Positions 24,499-38,365 of a stretch of 64,000 nucleotides of DNA are shown here, piece after piece. The translations under genes were made by a program, and so were the position numbers. The notes beneath the pieces were generated by a model. It ran no database searches, had not been told where the DNA came from, and saw only the letters and a list, made by a program, of their open reading frames with translations. How positions within the stretch are numbered: position 1 is the stretch's first letter; every line of letters begins with the position of its first letter. Source of the stretch: Selaginella moellendorffii. Lineage: Eukaryota; Plantae; Lycopodiophyta. Where the stretch lies: NCBI RefSeq assembly GCF_000143415.4, contig NW_003314314.1, positions 1,347,840 through 1,411,839 on the forward strand, given 5' to 3'.

Positions 24499-26135
24499 TT
24501 TCATTTCCTTTCACACGTACCCCTGTGCATTCCCTTGCAATATTCCGAAAAACAGTGTCAAGGAATTATTTTGGCATCATCTATTATACATGAAAAAATG
24601 CTCATGCCTGTGACATTTGCTCTCTTGAAATAACCGTGTCCTTGTAAATTAATGAAACATCTTATTGGTGGAGTTCCAGAAAAAAATTCATTCATCAACT
24701 CTTTGAATAATTCTATCATATTGCCATGGAATTTGAGCTGTCATCATATAGATTATTGTCAGAAATCCACATGTTATATTGAACTTACTATTATCATATC
24801 AGACTCGTCAATGTTATCTGCTATTGTGAGTTGACCACTATTTTAGCCTATATCATTGATGCTCACTACAACACCTTCAACAGAACCTACAGAGTCTCAG
24901 CCTCTACATGACTCCACAAAGTTTGCAATGCTGATAGTTTACAGAATGAAAATGTGGGTAAAAACAGTTACCCTGTGAAAACTATCCATGGTGTACTGAA
25001 TTTGTTGACAGATTCAAGGTTGGATTCCATCCAAGTGTACTGTAGAAGAAGGTTTCATTGAAGTAAAGATGAAAAGAATAAGAATGCATACTTGTTTGCT
25101 GGTCAAGCTCCAATCGTGTTCTGTAGAGATGACTGTGAAATGCATGGGGCTGATAGCCATCGAGTACCATCTGTCTTGGACAGGCATCCGAAAATAAGTT
25201 CGATATGGGACTCCACACTTGCCACCTGAGTCTGGTGTGTTATACAAAGATCCTGAGCCTGGATAATCTCTGAAAACCACACAGATCAATCTACAAGTTT
25301 TTGTAAGACTTTGTGAGTACCTCTTGTGGTTTTCAATGGCCGTCATGTACACAGTCTTGGATGCTACTGGAACAGTGACAGAGAAATGGAGGCAAGACCC
25401 GACAGCTATGTTGTGGATAGATTTGTAAAAGAGAAAGCAAGCTATACACATTCAGCCAGCATAGCAGAACACGTAAACCAACCTTATCAAAGAGGGGGCA
25501 CCATGCACGCAGCACCATGTACGCAGAGCANNNNNNNNNNNNNNNNNNNNNNNNNNNNNNNNNNNNNNNNNNNNNNNNNNNNNNNNNNNNNNNNNNNNNN
25601 NNNNNNNNNNNNNNNNNNNNNNNNNNNNNNNNNNNNNNNNNNNNNNNNNNNNNNNNNNNNNNNNNNNNNNNNNNNNNNNNNNNNNNNNNNNNNNNNNNNN
25701 NNNNNNNNNNNNNNNNNNNNNNNNNNNNNNNNNNNNNNNNNNNNNNNNNNNNNNNNNNNNNNNNNNNNNNNNNNNNNNNNNNNNNNNNNNNNNNNNNNNN
25801 NNNNNNNNNNNNNNNNNNNNNNNNNNNNNNNNNNNNNNNNNNNNNNNNNNNNNNNNNNNNNNNNNNNNNNNNNNNNNNNNNNNNNNNNNNNNNNNNNNNN
25901 NNNNNNNNNNNNNNNNNNNNNNNNNNNNNNNNNNNNNNNNNNNNNNNNNNNNNGAAAGGAGAGAGGGGAAACCTTGCAGTAACCCATAGATTTGCCGGCT
26001 CTTTGCATAGCACCCTGTGGTTCTCCGTGCCCTAAAAGCCACAATTAAAAAATTTCTGATTTGAAAAGTTATGACCTTTTGTAATTATATGTTAGCCATT
26101 AGATCTTGGCATATGCCCAAAATAAACGTCCCCAG
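24499..26135 (-). repeat. Duplicate of 39508-39946 + 41622-42480 (RPA-like exon + purple acid phosphatase fragment)
   Basis: Near-identical sequence in direct orientation with a 1.7 kb internal segment missing; partly in a gap. Confidence 0.9.
25531..25953. other. Assembly gap (others at 33810-33909, 44417-45242, 45691-45946)
   Basis: Runs of N. Confidence 1.
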
Positions 26136-26234
26136 TATATGCTATTATTATACCCGCTCTTTCATTTAAATATACTAGCAGGAAATCTAGCTCCGCTGGG
26201 ATAGATAGGATCTGTTACATTGGTGACATGAATC

Positions 26235-28920
26235 CTAGAGAATTTCTTTGTAAACAATGTTTTTCATATAGACATTATGGTTCTGGAGCACACCTTGTCC
26301 TTCACACTGTTCAATAGACATTGTAATGTGTTTCTTTGATGTTCCCCTTGAAAGTGCAACATAAAGTTGACCATGGCCAAAAACAGGTCTTGGCAAGTAG
26401 ATACCCACATTCTGTAATGTTTTTCCCTGAGATTTGCAAATTGTTATGGAGAATGCAAGCCTTATTGGGAATTGCCGTCGTTTGAGGATAAATGGCATGT
26501 CTCCATCAGTTGGTTTTAAAGAGATTCTTGGTAGGAGGACTTTTTTTCCTTGCATACCATTATCTAGAATTTCAGTTTCTATAACATTTGGTAGTGCCTT
26601 GGTTATAATTAGTTTAGTGCCATTACAGAGGCCTTTTTTAGTGTCAATGTTGCATAACAACATTACAATACATCCGATTTTTATCTGTAACTTGTGTGGA
26701 GGCATTCCAGATGGTGTTACTGAGTTTAAGAATTCTACAGGATAATCCAACATTTCTTCTTCCGAATCTGTTTCTACAATGTCAATGCTTCTGTATGTTA
26801 TTGTTCCGCCGGTCATTCTTGAAAGAACTTGGTCGTTCATTTGTAGAGAGAGATCATTTAATGTCGTGAGAATAGCTTTCTGCAATAGGTTTGGGTCATT
26901 TGGTTGTATATGCTTTCCAAACACATTATCTATCATTTGTTCTCTGGATGTCAATGTTAGAGGTAATTTTATAACTTCTTGGTTGAATCCTTGGAGGCTA
27001 GGTAGGTTACCATTTCTGAGCTTCACAAGGCATCTAGACCATTCCTTTTCTTCAGAGTTCACCCTCATGTTTGTATGTAATGAGAACTTTACAAGTTTCC
27101 ACCATATTGGTGAGGATTTCACGCTTTTTTGGATAATTTGTGTGCAACAGGCTCGTTTTAGAACAGGTAATGTCTGTCTGAAATCTCCTCCTGTTACTAA
27201 TGTGATGCCACCAAATTCTGTATCACAGTTTTTTATGTCATGCAAGACCCTCTCAACAGCTTTAAAAGCGTGAACAAGTACCATGCTTATTTCGTCCCAT
27301 ATGAGCAGGTCAGCTCTTCTTATGACCTCGGCAGGTGCTAAATTCTCTCGTAGGTCTGAGGTGCATGTTTCTGTGATTACTGGAAGCTTAAATGTTGAAT
27401 GAGCCGTTCGGCCTCCTACAAGAAGAGTACTCGCTATTCCTGTCCACGTGACTGCTAAGACTTTCATGCCATAAGCAGTGACATATTTTATCAACGTGTT
27501 AAAAAGGTATGATTTCCCTGTGCCTCCCACACCATCAACAAAGAATAATCTGCTTGTTTCTTTTTTGTTTTGTATTGCATTTAAGACGTTGTTAAATATG
27601 TGAAGCTATTCCATGTTCAATTTGGTTTTTAGTAATTCAACTTCGTCAGGTGTGCATGGCACACAGCTTATTTCAGTTGTTGTTTCGTTATCTCCTATAA
27701 ACTCTGAATCTGGTAACTCGTAGTTGGACAGTTTCTTGCCATGTTCCTGGAGTAATATTGACATTTCATGCAATCCATGTTGCATTGCTGCTTCATAGTT
27801 GTTGTGATTTTGGACCAAGTCTTCACACATGCCTTCCTTGAATTTATCCAATAGTTTTTGGGATCAATGAGCTCGCAAAATAAACACATGACACTGAATA
27901 GATACCTTACTTTTGCAAGCATCTGAAATGTCAACGACTCTTCTAAACATTTCTCCCACTCACAATCATCCTGTAGAAGTCCCATTTCTTGTGCGGTAGA
28001 ACGGTATGTGTCATATGCAACACCGTTTAATACCTTTAAATCACTAAAATTTGTAGCACCTTTTTTGTAGAGCAAGATCATACGTAGGTAGAAACGTTCA
28101 GAGTCATGCGGTGATAGGAACAAATATTAGAGTAATCTTCAAAGTTTAAATTTTTAGCATATTCATTTCAAAAATTTATGGTTAGTGTGCTAACATTCTA
28201 CCGACCACCTTGAATGCACGTTGGTGTGGTGTCCACATTCTGTTTCTTGAATTCCATGTATACCACTCAGGAATCTCATGGTACAAGAGTGTCCTTGCAA
28301 ATTCATCAATCTTGTTTAGTTCAAACCATTTTGTCAGTTGGTTTTATGGCCTCTTTGTAATGCAATCTCTTCCTCACCATCATTGAAATAAATATTTTGA
28401 AGGTTTTCCAGATGGATGTCCAGTCTCTCAATAGAATGTGATCTCCCATGTAAGTCATATCCATAGATCCTCCATATTCCTTCTGATGTGGAGACATAGC
28501 AGCAGTTTTTGAAAGCCTCTATTTCATCCCAGTCTAGTACTTGTTCAGGAGTTGAATTCTCATCCCTTCGAAGGTGTACCTCTGGACAATCATGTCTCTT
28601 ATATAATATTACTTGACACTTTTTACAGTGGAACACACCTTGACATTTATGTGTATTCTGTATTTACATAAGAGGTATTTATTATATGGCATGACAAACC
28701 TGTTGTTGATGGATTTGTTCTGATATGTCCTTCTTGGTGCCTTTTATACTTTGGAAACTGACTCTTGACATTCTGTGTTTCTTCACAGTAATCTCTTGGG
28801 TAGTGTGACTTATATTTGCCATCCTTCATGCATGGGCTGTTTAGAAATTCGGGCCCACAAGGGTGGTGTATCATGTGCTTTTTAACCAATTCATACAATT
28901 TTGGGTAGGTATTTCTGCAG
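26235..28920 (-). pseudogene. Helitron RepHel, Rep C-terminal part + PIF1 helicase (frameshifted upstream of 27530)
   Basis: GGTGKS, DEISM, GDFRQTLPV, RRQFPIRLAF, KSQG, HGQLYVALSR; upstream pieces ERFYLRMILL and KHMIHHPCG. Confidence 0.93.
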
Positions 28921-28994
28921 TAACTATATTATCTACTATCAAGGAATCCAGCCTCTGCTGGCATAGATAGTAATTATGTTTTATTTAATATTAT

Positions 28995-30060
28995 CATTTG
29001 AATATTTTTTTATAGACTATGTTTTTTTGTGTACACAATTTTATTTTGCAGGAAACCTTGTTCCTTACATTGTTTGTGTCTTTGATGGTTCCATTGAGAG
29101 TGCAACATAAAGTTGACCGTGGCCAAAAACTTGTCTTAGAAAGAATATCTCTATATTTTACAGTGTTTGTCTTTAGGATTTGCAAATTGTAACAGAGAAT
29201 GCAAGCCTTATAGAGAACTACTACCACTTACAATGAATGGCATACCTCCATTTTTTGGTTTCAAAGAGATTCTTGGTAGAATTTTTTTTTTACTTGCATA
29301 TTATTGTATAAGATTTTAACTTCAATGATGTTTGGTAAAGCCTTCTTTATGGCAGTTTATTTGTGTTAATATTATATAAGAGTATTATGATACAGCTGAT
29401 TTTTATATTTAGCTTATGTGGAGGCATTCCAGATGGTGTTACCAAGTTTAAGAACTCCATAAGATAGTCAAGCATCTTCTCATTTGATTCTGTTTCTACA
29501 GTATCAATTCTTTTGTATGTTATAGTTGCTCATTCTTGAAAAGACTTAGTCATTTACTTGTAGAGAGAGGTCATTTAAAGTTGTGAGAATAGCCTTTCAA
29601 AATAGGCTTAAGTTGCTTGTCTCTATGTTTTTTTCAAACACACTATCTATCAATTTTTCTCTAGTAGTGGATGTTAGTGGTACTCTGGATGTCTTGGGAG
29701 GTTCGGGAGATTGTCATTTCCTTGGTTCACAAGCCATCTTGACCATTCCTTTTCTTCTGGGTTCACTTGCATGTTTACATGAAATGAGAACTTTAGGAGT
29801 TTCGACCATATTAGTGAGGATTTAACACTATTTTGAATGATTTGTGTATGGCAAGCTCTTTTAAGAACAGGTAAGGTTTGCCTAAAGTCTCCCCCTGTCA
29901 TCAAATGTGATAACACTGAAATCCTTGTCACAATTCTTGATGTCACAAAAAGCATGTGGTTACCATGTTTATCTTGTCCCATATGAGTAATTTAGCTCTT
30001 CAAATATGTTCAGCAGATAAAAGAATTTTCTCTTAGGTCCGATGTGTATGTTTCACAAAA
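28995..30060 (-). pseudogene. Second, more decayed Helitron PIF1 helicase copy
   Basis: GGDFRQTLPVLKRA and VTPSGMPPHKL remnants paralleling 26235-27370. Confidence 0.85.
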
Positions 30061-31471
30061 GAACCCTGATATAAATTCTCTTTTTTCATATATATTTAAA
30101 TGATATATTTCTGAAAATATAAATCCAGACTGGTCATAATATAAGGAGATAAGAAAGTAAATTTTGACATACAACACATCAAATAAAAACAAAAAAATAT
30201 GCTAATTTTAGTTCTTTAAAGCTATATATAATTGGTTCTTGTTAATGCAATAGCATTAAAACCAGATTTCTCCAATGTTTTATCCTTCTAAACCTGGCAA
30301 GAAAAAAACCACAGAAAAAACTAAGCTTTCCATTAAAATAAGAAAAGAAAGTGATAGATAGATAGATGTGCATGTTTAAGCATGGGATTGACTCAAAAGA
30401 GCTTTTAGAGCTAGGGTCCTATAAAAGCTAGGTTGGATGAGATGAAGCTGTATTTGCTCTGTCTGTAGGAGTCTACTGATTAGTGTGGCCTTTGATGGAT
30501 TACCTAGAAAAGTGGATGTAGAAGTCTAGTTATGGAAAGTTTAGATGCAGCCAAAAGCATAGGGGATGTCTTCAACACTACATGTTAAGACAGTACACTG
30601 ATGTATAGTAACTTATGAATCAATCTATTCTCTACTACGTTCATGCTCTATACGACTTGCACGATTCAATGCCATGCCACTGACTATACCCACTGTGCTG
30701 GTTGGAAGTGTTGTTTGACATTCTGTATTTGGCAAGTGTTCTTCTAATTCATGGTGGAGTAGCTCAAAGCCATAAAAGTGATAAAGCTTGTGCTTAATGT
30801 CGCCTACATTCAAAAGAAACACACACACACACCACGTACAAATGAATAAATTTGGCACATATGCTTTGAGATGAAGCTCCATTCAGTCGTGGGAGAGTGA
30901 AGTACAGCAGATTAACCATGCATTCAAGCATTTTCTTGACAGTCAGGATTACGACCTTGACACTCAAGGTTATGATCTTGACAGTCAGGACTCAGGAAGA
31001 AGTGGCGGTTGCCACCATGTAGGAGTAGTTAAGGGGGAGAGTTAGCACTCGACCCCTATCTCTATCTCTATTATATTCCAGCTTATCACCAATGCACATC
31101 CATTTACTCAAGACTTGGAGTATTCTAGTGATGTCAAGCCTATCCTTACTCACAACCACTCGCATGAGCCTTCTTAGGGATTGAAGGTTTCAAGTTAGTT
31201 TCTAATAAACTTGTGTGTTTGGTAGCTTGTTTCACAGGGTGAGGATCACTATACTAATGCAAGATCAATGACATCAAAATCCCTCTGATTTACTACAACC
31301 ACAACAACAAGCCATCGCAACAAGTTCTCCACTGAATTCTCTCTTGCTCCTGCAACAAAACCAAAGCAACACTACCTGGCATCTTCACTTAGTTTTTAGT
31401 TGAGCATTTGGATACAGCAGAAATCTATTATAACAAGACATTTCACAGTGCCATTGGCTGTTCTCCATGGG

Positions 31472-32165
31472 TACAACAAACCTGTTGTCAATGGGTTTGT
31501 TCTTTATTAGGACTGTATGTCCTTGGCACCTTCTATACTCTGGAAACTGACCACCGACATTCTGTGTTTCTTCACAGTAATCTCTTGGGTAGCATGACTT
31601 ACATTCACCATCCTTCGTGCATGGGCTGTCTGGAAATTCAGGCCCACAAGGGCCATGTATCATGTGCTTTTTAACCAATTCATATAATTTTGGGTTTAGT
31701 CTGGCATCTGGTATTTCGGCGGTAACTATATTGTCTATGTCGTCGATAGTTCTGATTTTATTATCTTTACCAGGGATCACAAAATATGACAGTGTGGCAG
31801 TCCTCTTTTCTTGAATTCAATCACATAGACATAAGCATTGACCTGGCCAAATATTTCTCGTTTGTAAATGTCATCTATGAGTTCTTGTTTCTTGATATGG
31901 AACACATGTGCAACCAAGTCAGGTCTGTCTGCAGTTGTTTGTCCAGGTAGAAGGTTTTTAGTGATCTCTTTCCATTTAGGATTGCAGGTGAATGTTATGA
32001 ACAAATCAGGTTTTCCATACTTCCTTACAAGGCTCATGGCATCCTGGTAGTTCTGATTCATCTGTCGTGGGCCTCCAGTGAATGAGGATGGAAGTATTAT
32101 TAGTTTTCCAGGACGTACCCCTTGCTGTTTGGCTCTGTTTTTCATGAAATCTGAGAGGCCACCGT
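31472..32165 (-). pseudogene. Helitron Rep (HUH endonuclease) fragment
   Basis: GKPDLFITFTCNPKW, YVIEFKKRGLPHCHIL (HUH), AEIPD...MIHGPCG. Confidence 0.93.
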
Positions 32166-34854
32166 ATGCTTCAGCACGTAGCTCATGTTGGTAACACTTT
32201 ATTCAGTGCCCTTTTCCCATCAAGTCCATTCATCTTAAATCATTTTCCTTCATTACATTCGGCAATAAGATATTATTCATCAACATGGGTTGTGCTGCAG
32301 CACGGATTGCATGTGTTCTTTAGCCGTGATGTACTTGCAAAGCTCAAGAGCTCACTCATTATCAAAAAGTTATGAAGTCATGCTCTGTCCAAGTTCTCTC
32401 ACCTTTAAATAACGGTTGAGCAGCATTGTGGACTATGATTAGATCCTTCTATGGGCTTTCGTTTTTTTGTGAAGCATTCATCTGTATGCAAAATCAGGAT
32501 GCAAGCACCTGAAAAGGTTGGATTTTCAATTAGTTTCAGATGATGGAAAGCCAAGTTTACATTGCTAAGTTCACACTCTATTGATCGAAGGAGTTGATTC
32601 CCCAGATAAATCCCTGCACCACGACCCAGTGCTCATACAAAGCTAGAAGCTGGTCAACTGTACATGGCTTTAGAGTTGGTAGCAACATGCTCAAGACTGG
32701 ATTGCTAGTGAATTCTTGCAGACTTTCACCTAACATGCTAGATAACCGTAGAGCAGCAACGAAAGAACATTCAAGAAGCCTTTCAAGATCCTACTCTTTA
32801 TTTTGTAGGAAATTCAACACTTGGCTCTCCGAATTTGCAGCATGCCGGGACTGCATTGCATTGTGTTGGGATTTCTCCTATCCAAGATGTGTGCAAGTAT
32901 GCACAGATTTTGAGGAGGTTTAGAAGGTAGTGGATCTAAACTACAAGTGATAGACACTGCTTGATTCTTATTATAATGAGGCTTATAACATTAACTTTGG
33001 CCAATCTTGCTAAACAATAGACTATGGCCGATTTAGTAAAGGGATGATAAGCTGTAAAACTCAGTTCTCATGAGATTCTTACAACTTGCTTCTGAAAGTC
33101 TTCATGTTTTGCCTTTGTGCTTCACAAATCTTCCTCAGCTTGCTTGAGCTGTATAAATAGGAACGACATCTGTCATATGTAACATTAAAAACAACAACCT
33201 TCAAGTGATGTTCTTGTCAGGAATGGAAGGGGCAAAATCCTTGAGGATCAACGCATAGTTTTGGCAGGGTTGGCAACCACCAAATTTCAAATGCTGATAC
33301 GTTTTATATTTAGATGTTACCTTCAAGTCCTTGGCAGCACACTTTTCAAGAGCAGAAGCTTGAGACTTATAGATGGAGATAGGCTATGCCATCAGGACTT
33401 TCAAGGAGGAGCTGCCTGTTCTGTTCCACAGAGATCTGAGCTAAGTCAGGTGTACCTCTCAGCTCCCACACTGCTGCAAGGTGATCGAGGCGATGGACAA
33501 GCTGACTAAAAAGTTGACCAAGATGGTGGACAAAACAGGAGCGCTTTACATCAGAACACTCCAGGAGCCAATGGCACCTGATGGTGAGACCGAGCAGCTG
33601 TTCCAGAAGATTGAGAAGTCCCCGGTTTGTGTCTACGGCTCATCCAAACAGGAACTGGAGGAGATCCGCATGGCTCTGAGCTCAAACCCAATGTATCTGG
33701 TGATGGCAGTGCCGGATGCGACGATTGCGAGTAGCATGTGCAACTCCAGCGAGGTTCTCATCACTGTTAACTTCCAGAAAGCCTTGCACGACAGGAGCAT
33801 CGAGTTCTANNNNNNNNNNNNNNNNNNNNNNNNNNNNNNNNNNNNNNNNNNNNNNNNNNNNNNNNNNNNNNNNNNNNNNNNNNNNNNNNNNNNNNNNNNN
33901 NNNNNNNNNGTTGCTGCATTTGGTCGGAATATCTTGGTCATCCTGGAACATCTCAAGTTAGAATTGCAGGGACGAAGATAGGGGGGTTGCGTCCTCATAC
34001 CATAAGCTACTCTTCCACTGCGATTGTCCCCTTCTGCATCACGTAGATACCATCCAAGTCCTTATTCTTCATATGGCATTTCTGGCAGCAAAAAAAGAAG
34101 AAACATCACCACAAGATAGATCTGAAAAACTCATCTCATACCTGGTTGATCAGAGCAGCAAACCTCATGGCATGCAACCGCAGTGAAATGCTAAATTACA
34201 TAAGCGCTCCTGGAAAAATGCTTCAAAAAAACAGGTTTACCATCGAAAAAACTGATTTACCCTAAAAAAATAAAAACGTTCCACTCTCAACTGTTTTTTC
34301 CCACGTGTCTTCATCTCCACCATTAAGCTCGAAAAGAATCTCGATTGAATATGTTGCCCTTGCTCTTTTAAATATAGAAGGATGATGAGTAATTAGCTAG
34401 GATCTGAGCTCCACTGAGGGAGATAGTACACCAAAGTATAATAAATTACTTAAGCTAAAATTTTTATTACATTCATGAAAATTTTTATGACGACACTAAA
34501 TAGCATTAGAGAGAATATATGTTGGATCTAAGAAATGCTTAATAGTTTGTAGCAACAAACTGTTATGGATCAAAGATAAAACATTAGTTATAAACACAAT
34601 AATATATTCATTCTTTAAAAGCAAGTTATATGGTGAATATGAATCATTAAATTACAGCAAAGAATAGTCATATGTGGGAAGAATAAATTTCTGTTATTGG
34701 TTGGTTAGTTGTGCAACTTTTGTTGTGTATGTATGTTGGACTTATATATAGTAAAGGGTACTTTGTGGCCAACCTAGAAATAATATTTTGTAATAAAAAT
34801 TTGAGAAAACTATCAATGTCTTAATTTACCATTCACTTGTAAGGCTGTCTTGAG

Positions 34855-34856
<2 letters not shown>

Positions 34857-34885
<29 letters not shown>
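34857..34885. repeat. (CA)n microsatellite
   Basis: Direct observation. Confidence 0.9.
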
Positions 34886-34887
<2 letters not shown>

Positions 34888-35739
34888 TTTCTCTAACAAT
34901 GGCACAAAGAAATTTATATATACTTGAGCTAGAAAGTAATCAGTGTAAAAGTGGAATTCTCTCCCTCCATGAGTAGTTTAAATAAACACTAAGCTTATTT
35001 TCATTAATAAAAAGAAAAATATATCAGAAATGCTTTTGAGAATCATGTGTTTCCTTTTGGATTAGCCATTATGTTACAGCTGTATAAAAAGCTTTTCTCT
35101 TAGAGCACATATTTGTGCAATGATTAATATGGCTATTATAGAAAGATAATGCCATAAGGGATTCTAATGGCATGGATTATCCCATTTCCAAGTTACATCA
35201 AGAGCATTTAACTTCATGAATTTGGGGAGTTGTTGTGTTAATCTCAAAGTTAATGCCTTTTAATAAAATTAATATTAGCATAGAAAAAGTTTTATTTAGG
35301 GTTTACTTATTTATCTTTATCCTCCAAACAGTCTCAAAGAAATTAAAGTAAATGATTGATGATCTTTTATTAAAGGTTGAGATTGACATCTTTTAGGAGT
35401 GCTTTGATTAATTTATAAATAAAAGATTTATTCTTTTCTTAATAAATTTATAAGATTTAGAAATATTTACAAAGAATTATTATTATTTTATGGCTATGTT
35501 GTTATTCACTATTATTAGCATAGTAATGATTGAATTAGTTTTAATCCAGACCACTCACTCTTGTATATAAACTAGGGTTTTTAGGCTAATCGAATACACT
35601 TCTATATTCCATGCATCCAGATTAGTGAAGATGAGGAGCAATTTTGGTTCTCCTTGAGAAGTGCTTAAATTTGTGTGTTTGGTTTAGCTTTTGCATTGTC
35701 TAGGTACAATTCAGTAGAATACTTTTTTCTTTTATAATT

Positions 35740-36830
35740 ACAGAAGTTTGAAACTTTTACAGAATAGTCTGGATGTGGCATAAAGAAGAAAGATTGTATG
35801 AAGGAAAGTTTGTATGAAATTGTAAATGTTTATCTTCACTTTCTCGAGCATGTCAGGATTTTGCTTTAGGAAACCATCAGCCATCGAGTTGTGACCAGCA
35901 TTTATGTACATGTTGAGCATGTCTATGATTTCAGCGCTTCCAGAGACTCTCCTTTGTCATCCAGCTCATCCATGAGCAACAAAAGAATGCTTGTTTCCTG
36001 TGTCTTTCTAGAAGCTCTTCGCTGGTTGATCAGGTCCTGGATAAGCTTGATGACCTTTCACCTGGCCTGAGAATGGGAAAACATCACAAAACTATGTAAG
36101 ACAATGCATATGGCTTTTACCTTCAAGGCTTTGTTGTAGGCAGTGTTGGGGAAGTTGATGGGGAAAGCCTGAATGCCTTGGTTGACAATGTAGTACAAGG
36201 AGAAAATCTCATCCACATCGAGACTGGAGTCTTTCCTATATAAAATGTAGAGGACAGTTAGATACATGAACTGTCATATCAGAAAAAACCAGTATCAACG
36301 AGAAGAGAGGAAGTAAACATCACTTACCCTTCTCATCTCGGTAAGAAGAACAATCTTATGCTCCGTAGGCCACCTTGCAAGGCATGCTGTTGTAGGGGCA
36401 CATACTGCTTAAGAGCTTTGGGATTGTTCACAGTGACTCAGTAAGCTTCTGGAGCTTCAAGTAGCTCTCTTCAGTTAATCTTGCAAACAGATTTCGTCCA
36501 ATGAGCACAACAGCGCTCCTTGGCCATCCTGTCTCAAAGCTGTCTTTGGAGAGCACGAATTTGCATGCCTCTGGTGTGGCAACCAGGACGGTGGGCTGCT
36601 AGAACAGAAATGCCTTGTAAAACCCACTCGATTATACCTGAAACCAAGAAGTGACCCATGAAAGAGTATGGTAATCCAGACTTGAAGGCTCTGAGAAAAG
36701 CAGCCATGTTGATAAAGACGGGCCATCCAAGTGGACCCGGTGGAAGTGGAGGCTGTCCCGGCTTTAGCACCGGCTCATAGTACCACTTGTGTAAAAATCT
36801 CAAGAATGTCGGCAAAGCAGTCAATGCCAT
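35740..36830 (-). pseudogene. CYP88-like (ent-kaurenoic acid oxidase family) P450 pseudogene, N-terminal half
   Basis: WYYE...LPPGPLGWP...MAAFLRAFKSG and FPINFPNTAYNKALK resemble CYP88A; frameshifts; no heme-binding exon adjacent. Confidence 0.75.
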
Positions 36831-38365
36831 GTTGCTTTCCAGTGGTAGAGGAGGAAGAACCCCATAATGGTACAGCGTTGGCACTCAACTATGGCGTCTG
36901 ATTAATTGAGCAGCCAGTCACGTTCATATTAGTGGCTCCAGTGATGATAACTCGAGAGCACCACTGCTGTACTGGCAGTGCACTCCTCGTTGGGAAATTT
37001 CAAGCAAATACTGGATATTTTGATCGGCTCCAAAACTGTAAAAAAAGTAATAAAACACAAAATTTCGGGATTGTATCCCCACTGCAAGAATATGGCAACC
37101 ATAAATTCTCTGCCTTTCATTATTAGAGCTCAACACTGAATCTTAGTAGTTTCCAATCAAAAGAACCAAAATAAATAAATCCCAGCCTTTCTGCCACTCC
37201 TGGGAATAAGAAGGGAGACCTGCAATAGGAAAACCAGGCTGTAAAACACACAAGCACCTCCAAAAGCTCATTCATTGGAAATAAGAACAACTACTTTTTC
37301 TAGAATTCGACATATTCTACTTTACCATAAATTACCTGGATACAGTGTCATAAGTTTAAGGTGCAATCCTTACTATTATGTGCTGAGATTACTTCATTTT
37401 CACATTTTTACATCTTCATTTTCTGATCCATCTTTTCTCCTACAGAAACATCAAACGTCAGTAAGTGATCCACATCAATGAGAAAGAAAAGTGCCACAAA
37501 GATATCAGATTCAATAACAATAAAAGGAATAGTTGTATTGATTGTGAGCCATTAGCTTGAATGCCACAACAGTTTGTAAAAATATTCACAAGACTGGATG
37601 TGTAGTTTACAATGGCACAAAAGGGAAGAGACCTCTCTTACCTCACTCATTTGATCAAGAAAAACATGACTTGTCATCTTTCTCTCTGAAACATACACAA
37701 AGTGAGCAAATGAAAGGAGTTGAGAATGTAAAGGCACACATACCTGGTGAGCTCGATGACACAGAAAAAGTGTCCATGCCAACATCAATCCTAGAGGCCC
37801 CACCTCGATCAGGCTGCTTGCATTATAGAATTGCTGCTGGATCATCGCTGCCATCTTCACTCGGACTGGGACTCTGCTCAAAAGTAACGATGTTTGTCGA
37901 GATAAATGCTATATTTTATTATGATAAATGAATGGTAATGTTTTACTCTATACTGGGGTAGAGTAGGGTAATCTTTTCTTTATGCTATAATTATAATAAA
38001 TCAGAAAATTCATGAATGTTATATCTATAGGTAATGTAATTAGTTACAAACAATTTGTAACTAAATAACTAATTTGTAATGTATTTAGACAAAACTAACA
38101 TTAGTAGTCGTAGTGCTTTACATTTATGTTTTTTTGTTATAAAAGAAATATCAGAAGAAAAATCTGGGAGTGTCATATATATTTCAGTTGTTGGCTTTTC
38201 GTTTATATTTTTTCTTTATATTAACAAAGAAATATTCAAGCACAAGATTTCATAGGTGGTTTTGTTAAAAGTTTTGTGTGAAAGTATGGGAAAGCTTACT
38301 CGATTGTAAGAAGAAGTTCAGCCTTTTCTATATCATGATTTTTAAATACATATTCTGTAATTACA

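Larger units (their letters stand above)
26175..34385 (-). mobile_element. Composite, defective Helitron region
   Basis: 5' end A|TCATCCTTCTATATTTAAAAGAG at 34385; 3' hairpin + CTAG|T at 26175-26200; a second decayed 3' end at ~28936-28962; Rep and helicase remnants inside. Confidence 0.8.

Noticed and set aside
25326-26044. ORFs spanning N runs (also 33682-33998 and 44353-46040)
   Set aside because: Artefacts of assembly gaps.
30380-31390. Possible decayed retroelement with a PPT-like AAGGGGGAG near 31031
   Set aside because: No second LTR, TSD or clear domain could be established.
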